Of a stretch of DNA of 64,000 bases, positions 42,800 to 56,282 are shown piece after piece. The notes below the pieces were generated by a model. That model was given only the letters and a program-made list of their open reading frames with translations, ran no database searches and was not told the DNA's origin. Each line of letters starts with the position of its first letter. Within the stretch, counting starts at the first letter, position 1. This DNA comes from Octopus vulgaris. Taxonomy: Eukaryota. The position numbers and the translations under genes were made by a program. The stretch lies in contig OX597833.1 of NCBI GenBank assembly GCA_951406725.2, forward strand, positions 65,596,001-65,660,000. Reading direction: 5' to 3'.

Positions 42800-43911
42800 A
42801 AAAGGAGGAGGAGGAGGAGGAGGGAGAATGACATGCACGAAAAAGTGAAAGATTAATAAAACGAGAGATTGAGATGTGGAAAGAGAGTAAAAGGAGAGAG
42901 AAAAACAAGAGAGAGAGGGGGGAGAGAGGGGGGAGAGAGAGAGGGAAGGACAGAGGAGAGAAGGAGATTTAATGATGTATGCGAAGATAGAATGAAATAT
43001 ATAGAGAAGGAAAAGGGTTCACGCTCAAGAGAGAGAGAGACGGAGAGAGAGGAAGAACGAGAGAGAGAGAGAGAACGTAAAGTGAAACGAAAGAGAGAGA
43101 GAGAGAAAGATAGCAAGAATGAGGAGGAGGAAAGATAAATACAATGTGTGAAAGAGTGGGAAGAGAGGGAGAAAGAGAGAAGGAGAAAAGCTAATGAGAG
43201 AGAAAGAAAGAAGAGTGAGAGAGAATGAGAGAGAATGAGAGACAGACAGAGAATATGTACAAAAAGAGAGACAGAGTGATGCAGAGAGAGATAAAAAGAA
43301 GGGAAAAAGAATGAGTAAGAGGCGGAAGGGAGAGAAAAAGAGACAGGAAGAGAGAGAAGAAAGAGAGAGATGGAGAAATACACAGAAGGAGAAAGACATA
43401 GAAGGAGAGAGAGAGAGAGAGAAAGACAGAGAAGGAGGGAGAGAGAAGGAGAGAGAGAGAAAGAGAAAGACAGAGAAGGAGGGAGAGAGAACGAGAAAGA
43501 CAGAGAAGGAGAAAGAGAAAGAAAGAGAGAGAGAAAACGAGGAAGACAGAGAAGGAGAAAGAGAGAGAATGAGAGAGAGAGAAAAGGAGAAAGACAGAGA
43601 AGAAGAAAGAGAGAGAAGGAGGGAGAGAGAGAGAGAGAGAAAGACAGAGAAAGACAGAGAATGAGAGAGAGAGAAAACGAGAAAGACAGAGAAGGAGAAA
43701 GAGAGAGAAGGAGAAAGACACAGGAGAAAGAGAGAGAAGGAGAGAGAGAAGGAGAAAGCGAGAGAAGGAGAAAGCGAGAGAAGGAGAAAGACAGAGAAGG
43801 AGAGAGAGAGAGAAAGAGAAAGACAGAGAAGGAGAAAGACAGAGAAGGAGAAAGGCAGAGAAGGAGAAAGAGAGAGAATGAAAAAGAGAGAAAAGGAGAA
43901 TGAGAGAGAAG

Positions 43912-43943
<32 letters not shown>

Positions 43944-43950
43944 AGGGTGG
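42240..43950. repeat. Long GA-rich polypurine low-complexity tract with (AGT)/(AGC)n island
   Basis: Nearly all purines on the + strand; sub-repeat gaaagacagagaagga. Confidence 0.9.
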
Positions 43951-44274
43951 ATAACAAAGAGAATGGATGAAAAGACGAAAGGAGAGAACAATGGAGAAAT
44001 ATTGATGTTTTAGTGTTGTAACTGACAACTTTGTGACATTATTGATTGGGAAAAGAATTGATCACATGAGGTGGTGGTAGTATGTAGCAGTATTAGTTAT
44101 AGTTAGTAGTAGTAGTAGTAGTAGTAAGGGGTGGGGGGTTTAGTTACTATGGCAATTTACTGGGGAATCAACATAATTTCGCATACAACATATCTGAATA
44201 GTTATCTCTTTTTCTCTCGTTTTGTTTCTTTCGCCGGATAGGCGTATGTGCCGATGCGCACGCACACACACACA

Positions 44275-44317
<43 letters not shown>

Positions 44318-44336
44318 ACTTATGTATGTGCATATG

Positions 44337-44375
<39 letters not shown>

Positions 44376-44429
44376 ATTGTGTATGTGTGTGAGCGTGCAC
44401 GTCTCTATATTGGTCCATATATATTATCA

Positions 44430-44485
<56 letters not shown>

Positions 44486-44541
44486 ATTTATATATATATA
44501 TTATGTATGTATGTAGATAGCTAGCTAGCTAGCTAGCTAGC

Positions 44542-44654
<113 letters not shown>

Positions 44655-44655
44655 T

Positions 44656-44705
<50 letters not shown>

Positions 44706-45273
44706 TCACATATTCACACACACACACACATATGCATATACACCCGTCTCCGATAAAAAGTACAATGCTTCTTCGACATGTTGAATCAGAATTAGTCTCG
44801 GCAAAAGATTTGTCAACAGAACTGCTCACCGAACATGACATTGTTATAAATTATTTTATTGTCTTTTTTTGTTTTATTTTGTTTTGTTTTTGTGTGTGTG
44901 TGTGGTTCGGGTGCTATGAAATATCTGTACAGTAAAATAAGACATGGAGGGAATTAACATCCACTACATGCGTAATCTCACATTGTGAGTCTTCTATTGC
45001 ATAATCTTCTGTTTCGACGATTGTAACTCTCATCAGGCGGTGTAAAACAACATTATTTTTGTGTGATCAATTCTGCAGTGGAGGATACAACTAGTTCAAA
45101 CGAACAAATTTGTTGATAAACAAACATTTTATATCGCTATGTGCAACAGAATGGCATTGTTATATAACGGGCTAATACATATATACGTACATATATGTGT
45201 GCGTGTTAAATAAAATGAAACAACAAAACCGAGGTAGTGTGAAATTTCTAGGACATTTTATAAAGAGAAAGAT

Positions 45274-45322
45274 AGTTTTACAGCTGTTTCAGTGATATGA
45301 GAGCTATCCCTTCATCAGAGAC
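45274..45322 (-). ncRNA. Minimal type I hammerhead ribozyme motif with palindromic stem III
   Basis: Reverse complement: GTCT-CTGATGA-AGGGATA gctctca TATCACT-GAAAC-AGCT-GTA-AAAC. The stem III palindrome is ACAGCTGT, and stem I has one mismatch. Confidence 0.7.
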
Positions 45323-45552
45323 GTTACGAGAGAGTTAAATAGATGGGAATAGTAGAGTTCAATATAAGAAGGTAATTTGGAAAGGGAGAGATATAAGAAG
45401 GATAAAGGGAAATATGTGAATAAGAATAAAAATATATGTTAGATGTTACAGTTGCAGTTCCATTATCCGAGGAAAGTGCTGTGTAGAAGTGGTAGAAAGG
45501 CTTCTTGTCCTTGGTATGTAGATTCCAATAGGAGTTCGTATTTTGTTATTAG

Positions 45553-45725
45553 ATGGCGCAGGTGTGGCTGTGTGGTAAGTAGCTTGCTTACCAACGACAT
45601 GGTTACGAGTTCAATCTTATGGCGTGGCACCTTGGGCAAGTGTCTTCTGCTATAGCCTCGGGCCGACCAAAGCCTTTTGAGTGGATTTTGTAGACCGAAA
45701 CTGAAAGACGCCCATCGTATATATG

Positions 45726-45789
<64 letters not shown>

Positions 45790-45855
45790 TGTATGTCTGT
45801 GTTTGTCCAACACACACACACACACACAACATCGCTTGACTACCGATTCTGGTGT
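45553..45855 (+). mobile_element. SINE family A, 3'-truncated next to a SINE-C insertion
   Basis: Head, core and microsatellite are present; the tail is absent. Confidence 0.8.
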
Positions 45856-45866
45856 GATTGATAGAT

Positions 45867-46235
45867 TGTGACACTCCATCGGTTACGATGACGAGGGTTC
45901 CAGTTGATCCAATCAACGGAACAGCCTGCTCATGAAATCAGCGTGCAAGTGGCTGAGCACTCTTCAGATACATGTACCCTTAACGTAGCTCTCGGGAAGA
46001 TTCAGCGTGACACATAGTGTGACAAAGCTAGCCCTTTGAAAATACAGAAACAGGAAGAAAGAGTGAGAGAAAGTTGTGGTGTGAAAGAGTTCGCCAACCC
46101 ACCCCCTACCGGAACCTCGTGGAGCTTTGGGCGTTTTCGCTCAATAAACACTCACAACCGCCGGTCTGGGAATCGAAACCGCGATCCTACGACCGCGACT
46201 CCGCTGCCCTAACCACTGGGCCATTGCTCCTCCAC
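45867..46235 (-). mobile_element. SINE family C with tail type 2; 11-bp TSD gattgatagat
   Basis: The head matches 19275, and the tail is unrelated to type 1. The TSD lies at 45856-45866 and 46236-46246. Confidence 0.85.
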
Positions 46236-46749
46236 GATTGATAGATAAACAGATAGATACGTGCCTACATCCATTACAGAGGCAAACAGAGATAGAGAAC
46301 AAGAAAAGGAAAAAAAAATTGTGCGCATGCGTGTATGGACGTACGTGGATAAGTTTCAACAGAAATCAGTTGTGCTTGCGTGATGAATAAATGAAGTCAA
46401 TACTTTTATCGAAACACTTAGATAATTTATCGATATCGTTTTCTGAATCTGCTAAAAGTTCTGACAGAATTTAAGTCACGACTTAATTCCAGAGAAAAAA
46501 AAAAGGAAGGAGAATTAAGTTTATTTTTGTGTTATTTTAGTCGAACAATGTTTCCTCCACAGCGCCGGACTAAATGCCTTTTGCGGCATTTAATTGCTCC
46601 CTTTTATGTTTTGAATTTTGAAATATTGGAGATTAATATTGTCTTTGTTTTTCATTTGTTCCATCAAGTGTCCGGGGGTTGGGGTGTGGAGTTATTAGTA
46701 ATCGAATAAAGTCTACTGATTGGTATTGCTGTTATCGATGTTGCTGTCG

Positions 46750-46781
<32 letters not shown>

Positions 46782-47011
46782 GCTGATGATGATAATGATG
46801 ATGATGATGATGATGATGTCGTTGTCGTCATCGTTGATGCTGTTGTATTGTGATGGTGATGGGGGTGATAATGATGGTGTGGTGGGCCTGATGCTGGTTC
46901 TGGTGCGGGTACTGGTGGTAGTTGTGATGTTTGTGGTAGCGGTGGTTGATGTTGGAGATGGTTTTGTTGTTGTTGCTGCTGCTGTGCTGTTGAGCTGTTG
47001 CTGTTGCTGTT

Positions 47012-47312
47012 GGGCATAGCGGTCTTCGTCCCAGAGATCGCAAGATCGCGCCTCTGTAATGGGAGGAGTCCGAAACCTGGTCCTTTGCTATTCGTAAGAC
47101 CCGCAGAAGAGAAAGAAGTTGGGGACAAGAAACAGGAAGAAAGAGTGAGAGAAAGTTGCGGCGAAAGAGTACAACGGGGGTCGCCACCATCCCCTGTCGA
47201 AGCCTCGTGGAGCTTTAGGTGTTTTCGCTCACATCGCCCGGTCTAGGAATCGAAACCGCGATCCTCCGACCGCGAGTTAGCTGCCCTAACCACTGGGCCA
47301 TTCCGCCTCCAC
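47012..47312 (-). mobile_element. SINE family C, tail type 1 (internally deleted)
   Basis: Reverse complement of 18864-19250; flanked by (TGC/TGT)n. Confidence 0.85.
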
Positions 47313-47334
47313 TGCTGCTGCTGTTGTTGTTGTT

Positions 47335-47525
47335 AAGCAACAAGACGGGTAAGGGTGATTAGGTGATGGTCTAGGGCTTAGGAGCGGGAGACCCCAGACC
47401 TTGGAAAGAAATAAAAAAAACTTTGGTTGTCTTGTTATAGTCGAGGACTCTTCGTTGACACCTGACACCACTGGGAGGTGGCCCTCGAAGTCGCTGGAAA
47501 TGGAGATCTCCAGGTCCAAATTCTT
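47335..47525 (-). mobile_element. ~190-bp interspersed repeat (second copy 59669-59853), possibly a LINE 3' end
   Basis: High identity between the two copies; both end gcttaacaac. Confidence 0.7.
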
Positions 47526-47894
47526 GGACAGCTGCTGCTGGTGATGGTGGTATTGGTGGTATTGGTGGTGTTGGTGGTTTTGGTAGCAGCTCTATTGGTG
47601 ATGGTGATGGTGTTACTATTGCTGTCTTTGTTATTATTGCTGTTGTTTGTGCCTTGGAATTCAATGGACCACAGCTATTTAATTACTTACCAAAATATGT
47701 GAGTGCTCTACATGCTTTCAAGAAGCAGTGTAACATCCTGTAACTGAAGCACATTAAAGAATAAATGCATAAAAGAAAATATAGAAATGTATATACATAT
47801 ACACATATATATGTGTGTGTAGGTATGTATACACACACACACACATACACACACACACATATATATATATACACAAACACACATACGTATATAT

Positions 47895-48225
47895 ATCACC
47901 GTGACCGACCAGGCTATCAGATGTTCCTACACATCGCTGGTCACAATGCGCTTCGCATTGTTTTAGCATTCAAATGACGCCACCCCGCTGGCTAAGCGAG
48001 CAGGCCAACAGACAGAAGAAAGAGTGAGAGAAAGTTGTGGCGAAAGAGTACAGCAGGGATCGCCACCTCCCCCCTGCCGGAGCCACATGGAGCATTAGGC
48101 GTTTTCGTTCAATAAACACTCACAGCGCCCGGTCTGGGAATCGAAACCGCGATCCTACTACCGCGAGACCGCGATCCTACTACCGCGAGACCGCTGCCCT
48201 AACCACTGGGCCATTGCGCCTCCAC
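47895..48225 (-). mobile_element. SINE family C with tail type 3 and a 22-bp duplication in the head
   Basis: The head matches family C, and accgcgatcctactaccgcgag occurs twice. The tail ends in (TA)n. Confidence 0.85.
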
Positions 48226-48229
48226 ACGT

Positions 48230-48286
<57 letters not shown>

Positions 48287-49039
48287 TATATTTCTGTGCA
48301 TATACACACACATGGATATATAGATATAGAGGGAAGTAGCGGAAGAAAGATTGAGGGAGACAGAGAGAAATGAAAGAGAGGGAGAGGGAGAGATAGATAG
48401 AGATAGATAGAGAGAGGGGGAGAGAGAGGGGGAGAGAGAGGAGGAGGAGAGAATTCCAATATGTTGCGGTATTCAATTCAAAGTCGTGACGGAATAATAA
48501 AGATTGTAAAGGATGCAAATCGCAATCATTTGTGGATTTCCGGCAATAAGTGAGCGATACGAATTATGTATGACCCCTACCAGTAAAACACATATAAACA
48601 AAGCATATGAAAAGAGCAAAACGTACAGCAAAACGTTGTTTGTAAATTAATTTCGTGTATGATATCGTCGACCTGAACGTGGGTTCTGATATTAAGGACG
48701 AGTTGTGAACTAGCAGTTCGCAGTTTCAAGTCTTCTCCGATTCAATTTGTTCCGAACGTTGCAAGACGCGACCTGAAATGGAACTCTGTACTAGGGTACA
48801 CCGTGTTAACAACAACAAGAACAATCTTTTCTACTAGAAGCACAAAGCCTCAAATTTGGTAAAAGGGATTAAGTCGATTACATCGACCCCAGTGCGTAAC
48901 TGGTACTTATTTAATAGACCCCGAAAGGATGAAAGGCAAAGTCGACTTCGGCGGAATTTGAACTCAGAACGTAAAGACGGAGGAAATGCCACTAATCATT
49001 TCGTCCGGTGCGGTAACGATTCTGCCAGTTCGCCGCCTT

Positions 49040-49104
<65 letters not shown>

Positions 49105-49247
49105 TAATAATAATAATGATAATGATAATGATGATGATGATGATAATAATAATAATATTAATAATAATAATATTAATAATAATAATAATAATAAAAATAA
49201 TAATAATAATGATAATGATAATGATGATAATAATAATAATAATAATG

Positions 49248-49321
<74 letters not shown>

Positions 49322-49620
49322 GATGATGATGATAATAATAATTATAATATATTGACACCAGTAGGTGTCGACTTCGGAAGGACTCGAACTCAGAACGTTA
49401 TGACAGACGAAATGCCGCTAAACATTTTGTCCGTCACCGTAATGATTCGGCCAACTCAACCGCCTTCACAACAATAATTGTAACGACAACCGCTACAATA
49501 ACAAATCTAACAAAGGAAAAATGAAATTTAAAGGCATAATCCAGTGAAATTCAGGCAATGTCTTTGAAAATCAAGCATCGATGCATATGCGCACACTTAA
49601 CAACAGAGGCACATACATTC

Positions 49621-49702
<82 letters not shown>

Positions 49703-49772
49703 ATGTATATATATATGTATATATATATATATATGTATATATGTATATATATATATGTATATATATATATGT

Positions 49773-49848
<76 letters not shown>

Positions 49849-49867
49849 ATATATGTATATATGTATA

Positions 49868-50210
49868 GTGAAGGCGCATGGCTCAGTGGTTACAGCGTCG
49901 AGTTTACGATCGTGAGGTTGTGAGCTCGAATCCCGGACCGGGCTGCGTGTTGTGTTCTTGAGCAAGACACTTTATTTCACGTTGCTCCAGTTCACTCAGC
50001 TGTAGAAATGAGTTGCGACGTCACAGGTGCCAAGCTGTATCGGCCCCTTTGCCTTTCTCTTGGATAACACTGGTGGCGTGGAGAGGGGAGGCCGGTATGC
50101 ATGGGCGACTGCTGGTCTTCCATAAAACCACCTTGCCCAGACTTGTGCCTCGGAGGGTAACTTTGTAGGTGCAATCCCATGGTCAGTGTCGTGACCGAAG
50201 GGGGTCCCAG
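49868..50210 (+). mobile_element. SINE family D (tRNA head plus CORE-like domain)
   Basis: tggctcagtggtta (A box), gagctcgaatccc (B box), gtgttcttgagcaagacacttta (CORE-like). A diverged copy lies at 55056-55351. Confidence 0.8.
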
Positions 50211-50449
50211 ATTCCCAGATGTATATATGTATATATATATATGTATATATGTATGTATTTGTATGTATATGTATGTATATATGTATATATATATGTATAT
50301 ATGTATATATGTATATATGTATGTATATATGTATGCATATGTATATATATATATGTATGTGTATATATATGTGTATATATATGTATATATATGTATGTAT
50401 ATATGTATATATATGTATATATATATGTATGTATATATATATGTGTATA

Positions 50450-50496
<47 letters not shown>

Positions 50497-51245
50497 GTAT
50501 ATGTATGTATATATATATACATACATATACATATATATAATGCTACAACATCCCCAGATACACACACATAAAAGCAGAGGCAATAAGTACAGACTTGTAG
50601 ATAGACACGGTAAAAAACATATACAGACGCACATACACACATAAGCTTATACATACATGTATATGCGTGTGTGTATGTTCGTGTGCGTGTGCTTGTGTGT
50701 GTTTCTGTCTGTGTCTCTGTCTGCGTATGTGAGCGTGTATGTTTATATGTGTGTGTGTGTATGTGTCGAAGCGCATACATACATACATACATAGAGAGTA
50801 TCTCGCATGAAAGCGCACATATATATACATATATATATACACACACACAGACATACAAACAGACATAAATAAACAAACGGAAAGATCAAAGCGAATTTCA
50901 TTAAAAGAAATCTTCGATGTTCAAACAGATAAAACAATTTACAACTTCCTCCATGTGGTCATTCGAAATGGTTGAAATAGCAGTCAATACTATTACAGAT
51001 TCATACGTCAGTCTCTTGCTTATGTATGCATGTGTGAATTAACGACGTAGGCTATGTGAAGGTATGGCTAAAGCTGCTAAAAATGATAAGTGTATCTCCC
51101 TTAAGTGACGTCCTATCGCCTAAGAAAATAACGCGATTGATAAAGTGGTACTAACTCCATCTACTTTGGAAAATATCAATAACAAGAAAAAGATGGCGCG
51201 GCTGGGATATGTTTGCCCATACAGCTGTATGATTCAGGCTGACCT

Positions 51246-51845
51246 ATTTCTTTACTGCCCACAAGGAGCTAAACACAGAGGGGACAAACAAGGACAGACA
51301 AACGGATTAAATCGATTATATCGACCCCAGTGCGTACTGGTACTTATTCAATCGACCCCGAAAGGCTGAAAGGCAAAGTCGACCTCGGCGGAATTTGAAC
51401 TCAGAACGTAACGGCAGACGAAATATCTATTTATTTACTACCCATAAGGGGCTAAACACAGAGGGGACAAACAAGGAGAGACAAACGGATTAAATTGATT
51501 ATATCGACGCCAGTGTGTAACTGGTACTTATTTAATCGACACCGAAAGGATGAAAGGCAAAGTCGACCTCGGCGGAATTTGAACTCAGAACGTAACGACA
51601 GACGAAATACCTATTTCTTTACTATCCACAAGGGGCTAAACATAGAGGGGACAAACAAGGACAGACATAGGTATTAAGTCGATTACAACGACCCCAGTGC
51701 GTAACTGGTACTTAATTTATCGACCCCGAAAGGATGAAAGGCAAAGACGACCTCGGGGGAATTTGAACTCAGAACGTAGCGGCAGACGAAATACCGCAAA
51801 GCATTTCGCCCGGCGTGCTAGCGTTTCTGCCAGCTCGCCACCTTA
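51246..51845 (-). mobile_element. SINE family B trimer
   Basis: Three units and one head; imperfect TSD attcaggctgacct / atttaggttgacct. Confidence 0.9.
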
Positions 51846-52228
51846 TTTATTTAGGTTGACCTGCGGGCTAAAGAACACCAATGAGTGGGGTAAGTGTTCC
51901 TGCTGTAGCGCTAAGATTTTTGTTACATGAGAAAGAGTGGCTACCGCTAGAAATAGTAGTCGAAGTTTACCGAAATCACACTGTTTTAAGTAGATAATTT
52001 ATAAATTTGGATCATTTGGTATATTTTGAGGCGATGAATCTGACGTTTGGAAAATAACCCTTTGTTCGATAGAAAATTTAATTCCGGCGTGCTACACATT
52101 GTACCAGTTCGCCGTCTTCTGATCCAAATAACAAAACACTAAAGCTGCACAATGAACTTTGCAAGGTATAAGTACCTGTACTTGTGGAACAGCGATCAGC
52201 CAAACAATAACGTATGTATTCATTCTTC

Positions 52229-52598
52229 GGATCTTTTCCTTTTGAACGGCAGTTTTCAACACAATTTCTAGTTAACTAAACGCTTTTAAACTTCGTATAA
52301 TGGTAGAATGTGTCAAAATAAAACATTTTTTTCTCTTGGCTTTCTTGAGAAAATTGTAATTTGTAAGTTTAACGTAGTTTAATTTTTCGAATTTTAACCA
52401 ATCCTATGCGCTCTATTGAGCTAAAATCATTTGCTGCGTCTAAAACTGAAACAACATCCTGTCACTAACCCTAACCCTCACCCTAACCCTAACCCTAAAT
52501 TTTAGCCTTTCGTATACGTTCTACCAGTATACGAAGTTTAAAAGTGTTTAGTTAATTAGAAATTGTGTTGAAAACTGCCGTTCAAAAGGAAAAGATCC
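52229..52598. mobile_element. MITE with ~80-bp TIRs, 8-bp TSD and internal (CCCTAA)n; Merlin-like
   Basis: ggatcttttccttttgaacggcagttttcaacacaatttcta.. is mirrored at the right end. The TSD cattcttc lies at 52221-52228 and 52599-52606, and the termini are GG..CC. Confidence 0.85.
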
Positions 52599-52902
52599 CA
52601 TTCTTCGTACGACCCTGAAGGTTCGAACGTAACACTCTTTTCTACTCCAAGCACAAGGCCCGAAAGTTTTGGAGAGGGGACCGGTCATTTGAACAGACCC
52701 CAGTTCGCATTTCGTACTTGAATTATCGACCTCGAAATGATGAAAAGTAATATAGGATATTATTGTAGTTATTGTTGGCGGACATATTAGTCGATCTCGT
52801 TCTCGTTCGTTTATCTTTGTTGTTGTAGTTGTATTTGCGGCTGTTACGGTTTTTGTTGTGGCTGTTGTTGTTATCGTTGCTGTTGTTGGTATTGTTGTTG
52901 CT

Positions 52903-53490
52903 GGCAGAAACGTTAGCACGCCGGGCTAAATGCTTAGCGGTGTTTCGTCTGCCGTTATGTTCTGAGTTCAAATTCCGCCGAGGTCGACTTTGCCTTTCAT
53001 CCTTTTGGGGTCGATAAATTAAGTACCAGTTATGCACTGGGGTCGATATAATCGACTTAATCCGTTTGTCTGTCCGTGTTTGTCCCCTCTGTATTTAGCC
53101 CCTTGTGGGTAGTAAAGAAATAGGTATTTCGTCTGCCGTTATGTTCTGAGTTCAAATTCCGCCGAGGTCGACTTTGCCTTTCATCCTTTCGGGGTCGATA
53201 AATTAAGTACCAGTTACGAACTGGCGTCGATATAATCGACTTAATCCGTTTGTCTGTCCTTGTTTGTCCCCTCTGTATTTAACTCCCTGTGGGTAGTAAA
53301 GAAATAGGTATTTCGTCTGCCGTTATGTTCTGAGTTCAAATTCCGCCGAGGTCGACTTTGCCTTTCATCCTTTCGGGGTCGATAAATTAAGTACCAGTTA
53401 CGAACTGGCGTCGATATAATCGACTTAATCCGTTTGTCTGTCCTTGTTTGTCCCCTCTGTATTTAACTCCCTGTGGGTAGTAAAGAAATA
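52903..53490 (+). mobile_element. SINE family B trimer with 15-bp TSD
   Basis: Period 184 bp (ggtatt at 53123, 53307, 53491). ggtattgttgttgct occurs at 52888-52902 and 53491-53505. Confidence 0.9.
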
Positions 53491-53877
53491 GGTATTGTTG
53501 TTGCTCAGTGGTTACAGCGTCGGGCACACAATCACAAAGTAAGTGAGCTCACAATGATTCTGTCCCAAATTGTTTGATAGCAAAGCGATCTTTTTAACCA
53601 TGCAGCCATGTCCACACCTATTGAATAAAAGAAAAACAAGAAGAAAAACAACTAATTTAGAGATTTGGAAAAAAAAAAGAAAAAAATGGCTTTCAAGAGA
53701 ATTAATTAAGAGGCAATAAATTATGGAAATATCGAAGAATATTGAAGTGTTAAGATTACGGCAAAGATTTCGAAAAGTAAAATGCAAATATTATGAATAG
53801 CGAACATCAGAGAGGAAATATATTGGACGATAATATAAGAATAAAAATAGTCGATGATATACATGTGTATCGATGGG

Positions 53878-53955
<78 letters not shown>

Positions 53956-53989
53956 TATGTATATATATACATATATGTATATATATACA

Positions 53990-54032
<43 letters not shown>

Positions 54033-54121
54033 ATATATATATATATATGTGTATATATATATACATATACATATACTTACGTACATATACACATGCATAT
54101 ATACATATATATATATACGCG

Positions 54122-54175
<54 letters not shown>

Positions 54176-54178
54176 CAT

Positions 54179-54225
<47 letters not shown>

Positions 54226-54353
54226 CAGATATATAGAAATTTACGGGCCTCTGTATCAGGAGACCCAGCATTTCGTGCTGTTTGAATGTGTCACGTGACA
54301 CTTGTCTCTGATTAATATCAATAAAAAAACCAAAGATAGGTATGGGTGTATAT

Positions 54354-54389
<36 letters not shown>

Positions 54390-54479
54390 GCATACATATA
54401 CATACATATATACATGTGTGTCTGTGTACATGCATATATATATATATATATATATATACATACATACATATGTATATAT

Positions 54480-54545
<66 letters not shown>

Positions 54546-54864
54546 GCACACACTCAGTCCCACTAACACACGATACTAAAAGCTATCTGGATGATTATTG
54601 TAAATGAAAAGACTCTCGAATAAATTAAATTACATTTGAATATTTTTAGCTCAGCCGTCAAACAGACAGACGTCTGAACATGACATAATCTTCTATTGCC
54701 GAAGATAATGTTTTTTTGGGGAAACATAATCACTGTTATTGTTGTTGTTGTTGTCGTTGTTGTTATTGTTGATATTTTAGTGAAGTATTTTTGTGCTACA
54801 ATTCTCATATATACAATGTTTGTGTATATATAAAGAGAGAGAGAGAGGGAGGGAAAGACGGCGT

Positions 54865-54935
<71 letters not shown>

Positions 54936-54938
54936 CAT

Positions 54939-55030
<92 letters not shown>

Positions 55031-55055
55031 GGACACACATACACATATATACTTC

Positions 55056-55351
55056 AGAAGGCACATAGCTGTGGTTGGATCGTCTGGCTTACAATCACGA
55101 GTTTGTGATTTCGAGTTCGGGACGGTGCTGCGAGGCACTTTATTTTACGTGACTCCAGTTCACTCACCTGTAGAAATTATTTGCCACGTCACTGGTGCCT
55201 TTCCCTTTGATTACATCTTTGGTGTGCAGGGGCGGGACTTGTCTCCTTGGTCGAATGATGACCTTCTACAAACAACCTTGCCCAAATTTGTACCCCGAAA
55301 TGGAACTTTGGACGCGCAATCGAAAGGTCGCTTGTGACCGCAGGAGGTCCA
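55056..55351 (+). mobile_element. SINE family D, diverged copy
   Basis: Collinear similarity to 49868-50210. Confidence 0.65.
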
Positions 55352-55450
55352 TAATTTTATTATACATATATTTGATTAATAAAAGCAGTGTAAGAGAACC
55401 TCCTTCACCGGTAAGCTATCACGTGTGTAAAATACGATTCATTATCTAAC

Positions 55451-55495
<45 letters not shown>

Positions 55496-55497
<2 letters not shown>

Positions 55498-55721
55498 GGA
55501 GTAAACACATAAATGTGAAACAAGGTGGAAAAAAGAGTACTCAAATACCAGTGGTAGAGTAATATGCTTTATTTAAAAGCAGCAGAAAATTCTACAAAAC
55601 CTCTTACTCTGAGTTTCCCGTGGCCGTTCATTGGACAGTTTAAAACTGTCCGATGAACGGCAACGGGAAACTCAGAATAAGAGGTTTTGTTGAATTTTCT
55701 GCTGCTTTAAATAAAGTATAT
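55496..55721. mobile_element. (TA)n-inserted element ending in a ~160-bp palindrome with a hammerhead-like motif in each arm
   Basis: Arms at 55562-55641 and 55643-55721. The + strand reads CCGATGA-acggcaacgg-GAAAC-tcaga, and the - strand carries the counterpart. Confidence 0.7.
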
Positions 55722-55739
55722 ATATATATATATATTTAT

Positions 55740-56014
55740 TGAAATGGATAAATGAATTATCTTGTTAAGGATTATTCAAAATTTAACCGATACCTGGGTA
55801 GCAAAAATCACAACAGAAAAAACACGGTTGAAGTTACGACCTTGGGGTGTCGCAACCGTGCCTTAGCGCGGATAATTGAAGTTTAATATATTTAGTGAAG
55901 GGAAGAAATGGAGCTGAACGAAGATTCTACAGAATTCCTTTTATTATTTTCTAATAGTAGAAAATAATAAAAGGAATTCTGTAGAATTTTCGTTCAGCTT
56001 CTTCCCTTCACTAA

Positions 56015-56020
<6 letters not shown>
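55740..56020. mobile_element. (TA)n-inserted element with ~65-bp-arm terminal hairpin
   Basis: Homologous to 37921-38164; palindrome 55886-56020 centred at ~55955. Confidence 0.75.
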
Positions 56021-56060
<40 letters not shown>

Positions 56061-56086
56061 ATGCATGTATGTATGTATGTATGAAC

Positions 56087-56282
56087 GGTGGGGGGGGGGG
56101 AAGGTAGGTTTACAGTTATCAAACTGGCACTTTAAATTCCTTTTAAAACATTTTATTGCATTTAAATTTCCATCTTACAATTAGCTAAGTTAGCATAGAC
56201 TAATGGTTTCATATGTTTTTCTAATTAAGATCTAAACTGTTAATAAATGAATGCGAAACCTACTTTTGGACTACCCCTCTAT
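56087..56282. mobile_element. MITE derivative of the Tc1/mariner element at 2741-3261
   Basis: Shares gtaggtttacag..ggcacttt..attttatt.catttaaattt..cttacaat and aaacctacttttgg ends. Confidence 0.6.

Noticed and set aside
45000-45040. Minus-strand CTGATGA..GAAAC hammerhead candidate
   Set aside because: Stem II is only 2 bp, and there is no stem III/NUH or stem I partner.
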